Positions 48,122 to 59,300 of a DNA stretch of 64,000 nt are shown here, piece by piece. Source of the stretch: Camelus dromedarius (lineage: Eukaryota). Under the pieces are notes generated by a model. The model was not told the DNA's origin and made no database searches. It worked only from the letters and a program-made list of their open reading frames with translations. How positions within the stretch are numbered: position 1 is the stretch's first letter; each line of letters starts with the position of its first letter. Both the position numbers and the translations under genes were made by a program. The stretch is from positions 120,778,001 to 120,842,000 of the forward strand of contig NC_087437.1 of NCBI RefSeq assembly GCF_036321535.1. The letters run 5' to 3'.

Positions 48122-48145
48122 AATAAACTTAGGGATGAAAATAAA
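48122..48145 (+). terminator. PWP2 polyadenylation signals
   Basis: AATAAA at 48122-48127 and 48140-48145, about 270-290 nt after the stop codon, in an AT-rich patch. Confidence 0.75.
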
Positions 48146-48188
48146 TTTTTCTAAAAAGTAGCTATGGGTTAAGTCTGGCCTCTGAATT

Positions 48189-48369
48189 TGAAACATTGGT
48201 GATGTACCCTGAATGTGACTGTCCTGTGGGAGAGCAGGGCCACCTGCCTGCTGGCACCTCCTGTCCCCTTGCTTGGCTGCCCTGTAGTAAAGCCTTTTTG
48301 CAGAAGACTAGTACCTTGGTAACTGGTCTTTCTGTTGTGCATGGGCAAGCAGCCCACTTGCTTGGTACA
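48189..48369 (+). mobile_element. ERV 5'LTR (U3 largely deleted)
   Basis: TG...CA ends, AGTAAA at 48286, followed after 5 nt by the PBS; partial similarity to the 3'LTR. Confidence 0.6.
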
Positions 48370-51300
48370 AATTTTGGCGGCCCAGATGGAATCCAAGTCC
48401 TGGCTGGACGACAGCTCGTGGCTTGCTGGCGCTGCGTTGGGAATGGGGCCTGGATACCCACCTCAGCAGCTGCCTAGGTGGCTTTGCCTGGAAGACTTGT
48501 CCTCGACACCTCCATCCAGCATGGTGGCAGCCACCTTGGGCGCGTTGCAGGTCCACTTTTGCAGAAAGAGGCTGCGGAACAAGAAGTCTTCTGGGTGAAG
48601 ATCTAGGTGCCTGAGTCCAAAAGCTGTTTTCTCTCCCTGGTAACTGACCCTCATTCAGAGGTCCTGGTAACCTGAATGTGGTCTAGATCCTCTTGGAAAC
48701 TCAGAGATTAAGTTTGGTCTTTGGTGTGATTCAGAGCCAGAAGTTTGTCTGGATCGAGGCCTGTGAATGTGCGTGGGTGAGTGGTACGTATTACTGTCTC
48801 TTACTGTTAGTTTAAACTGAACTGGCTATGTGGGGACTGACCACGGCAAACTGCCCCCAGGAGTAACTTGATGAGTCTTCTGAGTCCAAAGAAAAGTGCC
48901 ACTGTTCCTCCAGACCTTTGCAACGTTCCCAGGTGACTGGGGAACTTGCTCAGGGGTCGGGGCTTCTGCCTGTGACCTGCCTGCATTGTTGGTGGGGAAG
49001 CAGTTGGCCCTGGCAGCTCTGCTGGGGGTTACGCACCCGAGCGTTGCCGGCACCAGTAAGGAGTAGTTGCTGCAAACACCACCTGGTCCAAGCTGACCCA
49101 GTGCCCCTTAGAAAGACCGATCGCTGCAGCCACTGGGGGAAAGCCCTAAAATGGGAACCACAAATGGTGTACCAGCCTGCAGCCCAGTGGGATGCAGTCT
49201 CCAAAATCGGGGCACTTTTACCTATGAGCTTCTGAAAAAGGTGATTATATATGTATTTTAATACTACCTGGCCCCAATATCAATTGGAGTTAGGGGAGAA
49301 ATAGCCCAAAAATGGGTTCTCAGAGGGTCATATCTTTATTGTACCTGGGTTTACTAGAAGTCAAATGGAATCTTGTTTCTGTTACAAAAATTTGTCAGCA
49401 AGAAAATGACATAATATGATGAAACATTAGTCAGTGAATTCAATGTAAATGAGAGTTTTCAGGTGGACTCTGTAGGAATAATTCTGTTTTAGGTACGTCT
49501 GTCTAAAAATAGTTTCTCCAGATTTTGGTAATTTGAAATTTGGTTTTGCCAAGTTAAGTTAAATGAAGGAAATTTATACAATGTCTGGATCATTTCCAGG
49601 TAGGATCAGATACTGAAACACTAATTGCTAAAACAAGTCCCAAGTTCACCTGCTTTTGTCCTCTTACTAGAGAAAAACTAAAGATGTTTGGGCTTCTCAG
49701 ACACACGCCCCACGCTGAGGATGAAGCTGCTGTGAGAAGATGTGCGTTCCTGGCAGTTACAGACGATGCTCGCCGGCTGGCCAGTCAGGAAGCGCGGGTC
49801 CGGCTGCCTCACGGTTGTCTCCTTCGTGGTTTCCGCAGGAGATAAAGGTTGTTAAGGCTTAAAAATTGCAACATATGTAATTAAAGCTTCTAGAAATAAC
49901 AAAGGAAACATTTCAGTATGCAAGGCAGCATGTGTGTGTTTTCAGTAAAAGGAGGTATGAGGTGTAGAAATACAGTTCATTAAGGGGAAAGAAGGTAATT
50001 TTGCCCTAAAGCTGGTTATTCCCCAAAGGGGGAGAAAATAAGGGACAAACTTAATACGGACATGGAAGGTTGTGGAGGGTTCGTGGGAAAGGAGCCCTGG
50101 GAGAGGAGCTTTGTGCTTGGTCAGGACTGGCTGTGGCTAGATTGAATTAAAGTAAATGAGTTTTGTTATTAAAAGCTAGCAGGTGCAAAACTGGAATTCG
50201 GTATTCTCTCTCTGTTAGGAGAACAAGGTTTCCTTGGACTATTGATTGGCTGCTGATGAGACTGTAAAGGTTTCTCTCCCTGTTAAGTAAGGTGGTGTAA
50301 CTTTCTCTACTTGCCTTTGAAACCTTTTGTTGTCACTTGGTTAAACGAGTATCATTTCCCCATGATCTACGATCCTGTTCAGCCAGGTGTTTTAAAACCT
50401 TTTTGATATTTTTGACAAACTTCCCAAAGATCAAATTCCAACTGAAATTCATCTGACCTATAGCTAACTGAGGTTTTCCAGTGACCCCCGGAACACCTCA
50501 AGAGATTTATTTTCTCTTTACGAGAGATGTTAAACTAATTAGATTGACTTGTGCATTCAGTTGCATGGGAAGCATTGTCAAATGAGTGGGGATAAACCTT
50601 CTTAGGTTGTATTATGTGGGTAAATGTCATTAATATAAATGTTCTAGAAACTACATGGAATTTCTAAAATTTGAATATGCTTTGGTATAATATCAGTCAT
50701 CATTCTAGTCATTATATTAAAATGTCTGTCACAGCAGCGACCGTACTCCTTTGTCAGTTGCATCAGATGTCAGGTATCTTTAAACGTGTCTCTGTAAGTC
50801 TCTTGTCACTTATAGACAGTTACCGTTTTACTCTGATGCTTTTGTAAAAATGCTGTATCTTCAAGAAGATTCATAGAAAGGACTTTGACAACTATAGGTT
50901 TCTGGTAACTTTCATACCACTGAACTGGGTAAGAAATTAAATAATTCTAATGGAAACCCTGAGGGCTTCATCAAACTGTTAACAAAAGATCGAGCTCAAG
51001 GATTAGTTACACAGGACTGAGTGAACTGATGAATATGGCTATAGTTTTTATGGGGGTTTTTTTGTCTGAAATATTACTGGCTTTCAATCTGTGTTTTCCA
51101 ACTATAAGGAAACCTTTCCCTTTAAGCTAATTATGACTTACAGCAACTTGGTAAATTATACCTTTGTAAGTGGAATTGAAACATTTTATCTTTTCTGTCT
51201 ACCTGAACCCTCCAGAAATTGAAAACTCATAGGTTCCCAGCAGCCTTATCAAGTAAATAAAGAAGGCCACCTCCGGACAGGTGCAGGAATCTCCAGACAC

Positions 51301-53339
51301 CTGGGGGACCTTGAGAAGAGAGCAATTCACCAGATCTACAGATATTGCAGGCAGAATCTGATGAAAAGCCCTTGGTATGGCTTTCCTGGCCTCGAGAGGC
51401 CTTTGAAAAGTTCAACCTGAGATTCCTTATGAAGAGTTCCAGGAAAGCCACTTTAAAAGAACCTATATGATCAATTACACTTATATAATTAGGCCAAGGT
51501 TTTTGAAACCGCTTATTTCGCAAACTAATTAGTCTTAATTTGGCTATGTTTCATAGAAATGAGGATAATTTTAGAGACAGACTATACCTTAAAGAAGACT
51601 TTGGCAAAGATTTGCCAAGAAACTAACCTGACCTGGGACAAGACCTTGCCCATTGTCCCAAAGCAGGCTCCCAAGGAGCCCCTGTGGGATGTTACTTGGG
51701 AGACTGTCCTCTACAGCACATGTGACCTGGGGAATCCAGAGGGCCAAAGAGGTGAAGAACTTGAGCTTGTCAGCTATGTATAGACCTTAGGCTGTTCATT
51801 AACTGCTCTCCGTAAATTCGCCTCTAGCAGATTAATGTTTCCTCCTCATCCTCCTATTCTTCTGTGTCCAGGAGACTGGGCACCACTGAAGTCCCGGCAG
51901 GATCAAGCATCCTAGAGACCAGCTCCAGCCCCGGGGGTGGGGTAGGACTGAACGAGGTGCTCGTGGTGACTCGCTCCTCTGTATAGCTGCAGGGAATGAA
52001 GCCCTGGGTGCGCCACTCGTGAGTCAGGTTAGTTCCCGCCCAGCCCAGGGAACCGCCAAGACCACTCCATCCAAGTAAGACAGGGAACAGAAACTAGAGA
52101 GGGAGTGTCACAGAACTCGGGATGTCCGGACGTGGGTTGGTGGCAGACCCCAACACTGACTTTGCACTCCCTGCTGTGACTACGAGCCCTTAATGAGCTT
52201 AAATTGCTTTCGAGGAAGAAACTATAAGGAGGAAAATGAGGAGGTGTCCAGGCTGACTAGCAGGCGGGTCCTCACCAGTCCAGCAGGGTTGTTTGCTTGT
52301 CGTCGGTGTGGTCTTGTCTCTTGTGAAAGTCTGTGTGGCACCTGAGTGTGCAGTCGTTCCCTGTGTGAACAGAACAGTGTCTCCCAGAGCCCTCTGTCCC
52401 GACCTACTAAGCCAGAAGATAAATACACTCACAGTCCTGTATTTTCAGACACAAATAACTCATCTGTCAACAATCCCCATGGGCGTGAAGAGAACTGGGT
52501 GGACCCTGTTTTTTTTTTTTTTTCCCCTCTTCCCCCTGCTTCCTGCCAGTTGTCCCGCACTGAGCTTGGGATACAAAAACTGAATCGGCTCTCAAAAACC
52601 ATTGCAGCAAGGGTGAAGAGGGACCTGGGTCTGTCATCCTAATCCTCGTAGTCGGGGAAAAATATACTCAGCCCTGCCAGCCAAAAACGTCTCCCAGCTC
52701 CCCCATTAATTGAAAGAGAACTAAATAATATGACCTTGACCTTCCTCTAGAGGCCTCCCTAGCATCCACTCCCAAAACAGAAATTCCCTGGTATTAATAA
52801 GACTTCTCCTTGCACACTATGCAATTCTCTTAATGCTGAGAACTTATATGCCTCCCTTCAGAGCTCGGACCCACCACTCTCCCGCAATCCAGGACACCTC
52901 GCTGATGCCAGCCTTACGAGTTGCAACCACTCCAGGGGGGAGTCCAAAATGGGTCAGCCTGGGCATGGACCCCAACCAAACACGGGCGAGCCTGCCAGGA
53001 CGCTCCCGTCTTTCCCAGAGGGTCTGACAACATGCTGGCTACCGAGAGCCCCTCCAGCGGCAAGAATGGCTCAAGCATGCCAAAATAAAACCAGTGAAAC
53101 AGGCCCCCAAGGAGGGCTGTGGCTTACCAGACCCTACGAGTTGGGCCCATTGTCTTCCTCGTGTCACTCGTGTGCCACTAACTCGTCTTTGGCCTCAGCC
53201 CTTTTCTCTCCAGAAAAACATGTGGGTGATAATACGCAACCGGGAGTTGTTTCTCTGGGGCCCAGAGAGCCAACTGCCCAAAGGAAATGTCACCAACAAA
53301 GCCCCTGTGGCCCCCAGGAAAGATGAGATGGAATCTAGG

Positions 53340-53821
53340 TGTTAAGGCCTAACCTCTGGTGCTTAGTCTAGTTTCACTTGCTGGCAGGGGGCCCTGTGCA
53401 GAGGCCTCACACCTAACACATCGGATCAGTTCCTAGTGCAAAACCTCTAGGTCTGACACCCTGACTTGGCGAGCCGTGTGCAGAGGGGCTGCTCACGACA
53501 CCTCAGTTCAAGATGGCAACAGCGTGCTGTGTGCAGAAATGCTGCACCTGGCTCTTCCCTCTGGACCGCGGTGAGCACGTGACTCCACCCGACTCGCAGA
53601 CGCCGCCCCTCCCTCCAGACAAGGACCCTGTAAAGCAGCTCTGCTGACGGCCTTTCAGGGGAGCGTGTGTGCTCCAGAGTGGAAGCTCCGCCTTCTCCAT
53701 CCTTTGATCAAAGAATAAACCTTCCCTTTCTTCCTGAAACTACTTGGTTTGGTTTTATTGGTGTTAGTGACACCAGGCAGGAGGACCCCTGTTGGGGCCT
53801 GACTCAAAAGGGTCGGTAACA
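53340..53821 (+). mobile_element. Solo LTR nested within the ERV env region
   Basis: 482 bp bounded by inverted termini TGTTA...TAACA, internal AATAAA at 53714-53719 followed by U5-like sequence; TSD not evident. Confidence 0.7.
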
Positions 53822-53888
53822 TGTCCACTCTAAGATAAGTATTCTTCCCCCAGGAAAGCAGACAAAAAGGAAGAGCGCCTCAGGACTG

Positions 53889-54325
53889 ATGATCACAGGT
53901 GCAGGCTCGGCACTAGGACCAGCAGCACCGCGGGAAGGGCGTGCTGGCCACGAGACTACCCTTCAAAATCTAACGGCCTCTATGGGGGTACTGAGCAAAA
54001 CACTAGCCTCCAGTTTAGACCAATTCAAGATGTTGGTGAACTCCTCAGATCCTAGAACAGCCCTGGATTACCTCCTCGCGGAGCAAGGCCATGTCTGTGT
54101 GGTTGCTGACAGCGCCTGCCACACAAGGACAGGTACCACTGGACCAGTGGAGCAAGATAACAAAGAAAACACACCAACAGGACAGCTGGTTACGCGGGAT
54201 CGGTAATCCTGCCCAGGAGACGTGGAATTCTTTATACAAAGCATTTTCTCCCCAGTAAGTCTTGGTTACATGGCTATGCCCACTGACATTTCCTTTGGTC
54301 ACAGCCACGTTGATTCTTCTGTTTG
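53889..54325 (+). pseudogene. Retroviral env TM subunit remnant (immunosuppressive domain, degenerate CX6CC, hydrophobic TM segment)
   Basis: LQNLTAS...RTALDYLLAEQGHVCVVADSACH; hydrophobic WLCPLTFPLVTATLILLFEP downstream in a shifted frame. Confidence 0.85.
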
Positions 54326-54334
54326 AGCCCCTTA

Positions 54335-55105
54335 ATGTTTTAAATTTATTTACTTACTTATTTAAATTGAAACATAATTGATTTACAATATTGTTAGTTT
54401 CAGATGTACAGCAAAGTGATTCGGTTATACATATGTATTTCAGATTCTTGACTATTTTAGGTTATTAAAGTTCCCTGGGCTATAGAGTAAATCCTTTGTT
54501 GTCTATTTTAGATACAGTGGTATGTATCTGTTAATTCCATACTCCTAATTTATCCCTTGCCCCTCCCTCCTTTGGTAACCGTAAGTTTGTTTTCTGTGTC
54601 TGTCAGTCTGTTTCTGTTCTATAAATATATTCATTTGTATTTTTTAGATTCCACATGTAAGTGGTATATTTGTTTTTCTCTGACTTTAGTCAGTGTGATT
54701 ATCTCTAGGACCATCTGCGTTGCTGCAGATGGCATTATTTCACTTTTTTTAATGGCTAAGTTTCCATGTGTTGGCTATTGTAACTAGTGCTGCTATGAAC
54801 AATTAGGGTGCATGTATCTTTTTGAATTAGAGTTTTTATCTTTTCCTGATGTATGCCCAGGAGCGGGACTGCTGGATCATATGGCAGGCCTATTTTTAGT
54901 TTAAGGAGCCTCCATACTGGTTGCACCAGTTTGCATTCCCACCATCAGTGTAGGAGGGATCCCTGTTCTCCACACCCTCACCAGCATTTATTATTTGTAG
55001 ACTTTGATGATGGCCATTCTGACAGGTATGAGGTGATAACTCATTGTAGTTTTGATTCGCATTTCTCTGACAATTAACGATGTTGAGCATCGTTCACATG
55101 CCTGT
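54335..55105 (-). mobile_element. L1 3'-end fragment inserted into the ERV env tail
   Basis: ttgatttacaatattgttagtttcagatgtacagcaaagtgattc...ctccatactggttgcaccagtttgcattcccaccatcagtg...gttgagcatc; env-like NFLVKFVS resumes at about 55123. Confidence 0.85.
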
Positions 55106-55342
55106 CTGGGCTTATAATTCCTAACTTTCTTGTCAAGTTTGTCTCAAAGGCTGTAGGCCACCAGTTTTCCTGTCATCACCCGGAACTGAAGCGATACCAA
55201 CCCCTCCAACAGCTCAATGTAAACCTGTTTCACTCCTGAAGCCCTTGCTGGGCCTGCACCCCTTAGCAGCAAGAAGCAGCTGGAGCGGGTGGTCGCCCCT
55301 GATCCCTCAAGATTGAGGAATAAACCAAAGACAGCAGTGGAC

Positions 55343-55811
55343 TGAAACATACCCTGTAATTTACAAGGCCCATGAGGTAGAAACAAGATGATACAGCCAA
55401 CACCAAGCTCCGTTTGCAGACCAGGGAAACGGCAGATAGGAAACAACGTGCTGACAGCAGGCACACCGAGGGGCTAGAGGGAGGGCCAGTGAACTCTAGA
55501 CCTCACAGGTGGAAAATCCAATGCATGTTACGTATGACCCCTCCCCCCCAATTTGCACATGCGACCCATGAAGAGGCAGGAAGAGGGGGTCCCCGCGCTG
55601 CGTAAAGAGCTCTTGAAACCCACATTGCTTCCCACCAATCACATCCCAGCCCCCTCCCCTTCCTGCTCCATACTTCCCTGGCAAATACCCCAGCCCAAAG
55701 CCCATGGCGCCACGGATCTGAGCATCGCTCCGGCTTCCTTCCCGAGACCCCTGCGGTCAAGCCCGCTGTCTGCAGAAACCTGGCCTCCGTTGCACAGCGA
55801 GCTCCTTTACA
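55343..55811 (+). mobile_element. ERV 3'LTR adjacent to the GATD3 promoter
   Basis: Follows the env end and a purine-rich stretch; begins TGAAACATACCCTG like the 5'LTR; CCAAT at about 55635; 3' part resembles the 5'LTR R/U5; right boundary approximate. Confidence 0.65.
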
Positions 55812-56174
55812 AAAGGGCCAACGTCAGTGGAAATTCTAAGGCAAGCAGCTGCAGGGGGCGCCGGGCGTGAGGACCCCACGTGGGTCCCGACTGCGCACGG
55901 CCAGGAAAACGGGGCGGTGATGGGAACTGGACATCTGGGGGCCGGCCACTTGGTGTCACGGAGTCACGTTGAGGCCTGACGGCGACACCGGAGGCCGTAT
56001 CTTAGCGAAGCGCTCCTCCTGGGAACGCCAACGGCGAGGAACGGGCAACGCCCCAGGCCACACGGACCCGAAGTCTGGCCTCCAGCACTCGCGAGGCTGA
56101 GCCCGAGCCACGGGCAACTGCGCAGGCGCGGGCCCGCCCACCGTGACCCTGTGACCCCGCTGTCCCAGTGCAGC

Positions 56175-56333
56175 ATGGCGGCCCTCAGGTCTCTGCTGGC
56201 GTCCAGGCTGGCGGTGACCCCCTTGTTCGCGCTGCGCCCCGTCCTGCTGCCTCTGCCCTTGAGCGGACTGGCGGCCACCCCGCGCGCGGCCCTCCACGCC
56301 TCCGCGCCGCGCCCCGGGACCAGGGTCGCGCTG
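56175..56333 (+). CDS. GATD3: GATD3 exon 1
   Basis: cagcATGGCG...GCGCTG|gtgagc; [12 protein letters not shown]...GTRVAL. Confidence 0.92.
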
Positions 56334-59300
56334 GTGAGCGGGCGGGGCATGGGGACGAGGCGGCGTGGGGGCGGGGCGGGCCGAGGTCGACCTTCCCACC
56401 CACCCCCGCCCGCGGCCGGTCCCTCCCCCATGAAGTCCGCCCCTTTCCCCGCAGGTCGGCCCCTCTGGCTCCCCCACGTCGCTCCCCCCACGTCGGCCCC
56501 TCCCCCCAGGTCGGCCCGCCCGGTGGGCCCCGTGACACCCCCCCCCCCCCGACCGCCGCTCCACTCCCGCAGGTGCTGTCCGGATGCGGCGTCTACGACG
56601 GGACTGAGCTCCACGAGGCCTCATCGTAAGCCCCTGGGCCGCTCGCCGTCGGGAGGGGCGGTCCTCTGAGCCGTTGGCAGAAACCCGTCTCCTGATTAGA
56701 GAGGCGGAGATGACTGACGCGACACAGAGAGGCGGGAGCGGAAACGTGTGAATCACGCGTGTGAGATACAGGGAGACACAGAACGAGCTTTTAGTAGCAC
56801 CGGTGATGCTGTCCCTCAGCGGGAACCACTTCACACCTCCGGCTGCTGTTTTTCCACCCCCGCTGTTGGAATCACACTGCCCTGCGTTTTGGAACCAGAG
56901 CTATTTTCTATCTTTGCGGCGCGGTTTTAAGGGCTGTGCAGCAGCCTCTCTGTAGACGAGTGTCAGTGATGTAACCTGTCAGCTGTTGCTCAGTAGTTTG
57001 TATTTTGATTTTTTATTTACTTAGAAGTTCCTGTGAGCAGGACGGTGGGGACTGTCAAGTTTGGAGTCTAAGTTGTGGGGGGAGAGTTAGGACACCCCCG
57101 TCCCAAGCCCAGGGCCTCTCTGGTACCCAGAGGAGCCAGAGGCTGGTAACTATGCATGGCTGCCCAGCCTTCTCATTGGGGATGGCCAGCACGTGCTGGT
57201 GTTGGCTAGACAAGACGCGAACTTTGGAGTGTGCTGGGCTGGTGGGGGCAGAGGGCCAGACGAGTTTCCTGATGGAGGCTGGGAGAGGGGGCACGAGACG
57301 AGGAGGCTGGAGTAGCCGCCAGCAGCTTAAAACCTGCCCAGCAGAGCAAGGAGTTGCCTGTGTGTCTGAGAGGTTCCGAGGAGCAGCGTCCAAGTCCAGG
57401 TGGTCCTAGCCCTGCCAGTGAAGGGCTGTGATCTTGGGGTCACACTCTTGTGCCTCCTCCTTGCCTGAAAGGGGGTAGTGACAGCACTCCCTGTCTGTAA
57501 GGGGGGGGTTGGGTTGCCTGCTGGCATTTGGACTTGGGCCTGGCACAGAGCAACCCTTGGTAAATGCTGCCTCTGGGGGCAGGGGCAGGGGCAGGTAGTC
57601 CACAGCCCTCGGGAATGCCTGTGTTTCCCCACTCCTTTGACGGGAGTGGAGACCAGGAACTGATCTCACCTTGGAGACCAAAAGCTCTCAAACCCTCAAG
57701 GCCATCGTCGATGGGCCTGTTGGGGGAAGAGTGCCCCAGAGTAGCCTAGGAACCCAAATACCCAGGCTGTGACACCAGCCGGGTCACCTGTCTCTGCGCC
57801 CTGGTTTGCAAAGGGAGCTTCAGGGCTCAGTGGTCTTCGTAGACAGTTCAGTGACATTACACTCAAACGGTCGTTAGTAAGCCAACCATAATTTTTTGCA
57901 AAGTAAACAGAGGTTAACTTAGGTAAGAGGTTTCTAGTTATCACTCAGCTAAAATCCTTTTTTTAAAAACCCATTGTAAGGTAAAGCTGGATTGGGCACA
58001 CGTCAGAGACTTGTCTGATTTCTTCCCGGGCAGGATCCTGGTTCACCTGAGCCGTGGTGGGGCCGAGGTCCAGATCTTTGCTCCTGACATCTCTCAGATG
58101 CACGTGATTGACCACACAAAGGGGCAGCCTTCTGAGGGTGAGACCAGGTATGTGCCCCCACTCACCCTGGGATGTGCACGGCAGTGAGTTGAAACTCCCC
58201 GAGATCCTGCACACAATTACTTCATCTTAGCTGGGAGCCAAGTCCATGTTCTGGTGGACTTCAGAGCAGCAGTCCTCAGGCTGTTCTGTGATAAAGCTCT
58301 GAGCCTTGGAATGTTCCTCACCTTCCAGTGTTGCCAAAACAGTGAAGGAAAATTCCTACTGAGTGAGCCCCTCGTACCTTCATTTTGACCAGAGGCGTGT
58401 GTGTGCATCTGGTCACGAACCTCATTCACTTGTTTGGGCCCCAGGTGTCTTTGAGCAGCTCCTAGAAGCGTTTCTGTCCCTGAGGGTGTGCAGTCCTGGC
58501 CTTGTGTCCTCTAAGACCCACCTCTCCCCTCCTGCCCTGCCTGGACTGCAGGCTGTGGTTCCCAAGTGCCTTCCAGATGGGGCAGGGAGGGAGAAGCAGC
58601 TCTGACTCCTGGGGGCTGTGTTTCCCCCGGCCAGACACTGGCCCGGGGCTGCACAGCCTGGGCTCATAGGGACTCCTTTCGTGGCCGAACCTGGGGCTGT
58701 TTCACTCATCCCTTGAGGTTGCTTCTTAACTGTCCCTGCTCTGTTCCATCATCTGCCAGTTCCTTGCATTGAGTGCCGTCTGCTCAGGTACGCGGAAGGA
58801 TTCCTGTCTTTTTGGTGGCCCTGACCGACCCAGGAGTCTGCATAATCTGGGGAGGTTCTTAAGTGCCAATCTGATCTGAGCACAGAGCCAGGTCCCTGTG
58901 GCTGTGGCACCTTTCCTAGAAAGCGACCCTGGCCTGTGAGTGCGCTTCTCCAGGCTGGGAAAACGCATCCTCCTGTCCCGTGGCGGGCTCCTCCCACCTG
59001 TATCCCGTCTGCCCCTCCATCTGTTGTCTGTCGGCGCACTGAACCTTTCTGGGAGCCTTTGTCTTCTCTTTTCCAGGAACGTTCTGACGGAGTCAGCAAG
59101 GATCGCCCGTGGCAAGATCACCGACCTGGCCAAGCTCCGTGCTGCTGACCACGACGCCGCCATCTTCCCCGGGGGCTTCGGAGCTGCCAAAAACTTGTGC
59201 GTGTTCCAGCTCGGGTCCCTCTGCTTTTCCCCTGGAGCGTTAGAGGGGGACGCGGTGGTGACGGGAGCCGCTGCTGGGGGGTCAGCCAGGCGGTGGTGGA

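Larger units (their letters stand above)
48189..55811 (+). mobile_element. Decayed class I (ERV1/gamma-like) endogenous provirus
   Basis: Two LTRs, both starting TGAAACAT (48189; 55343); PBS-like TGGCGGCCCAGATGGAAT at 48375; gag-MA remnant NTTWPQYQLELGEK*PKNG (about 49260-49316); integrase remnants TLKKTLAKICQETNLTWDKTLP (about 51586-51650) and PGDW...KPWVRHS (about 51868-52020); env TM remnant with RTALDYLLAEQGHVC (ORF 53889..54206). Confidence 0.85.
55850..56760. promoter_or_regulatory. CpG-island promoter of GATD3
   Basis: Dense CpG around exons 1-2; NRF1-like TGCGCAGGCGCG at 56119-56130; CTCGCGAG at 56088-56095. Confidence 0.8.

Noticed and set aside
53889..54206. Possible domesticated env (syncytin-like) gene
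   Set aside because: Only a short TM fragment; SU is broken by stops and a nested LTR, CX6CC is degenerate, and the tail is split by an L1
55956..56834. 292-aa and 216-aa minus-strand ORFs
   Set aside because: Antisense shadows of the GC-rich GATD3 CpG island, with no recognisable domain
46563..58034. Possible PWP2-GATD3 read-through fusion (PWP2 exon 20 and GATD3 exon 3 are phase-compatible)
   Set aside because: Phase compatibility alone is weak, and several poly(A) signals intervene; needs transcript evidence
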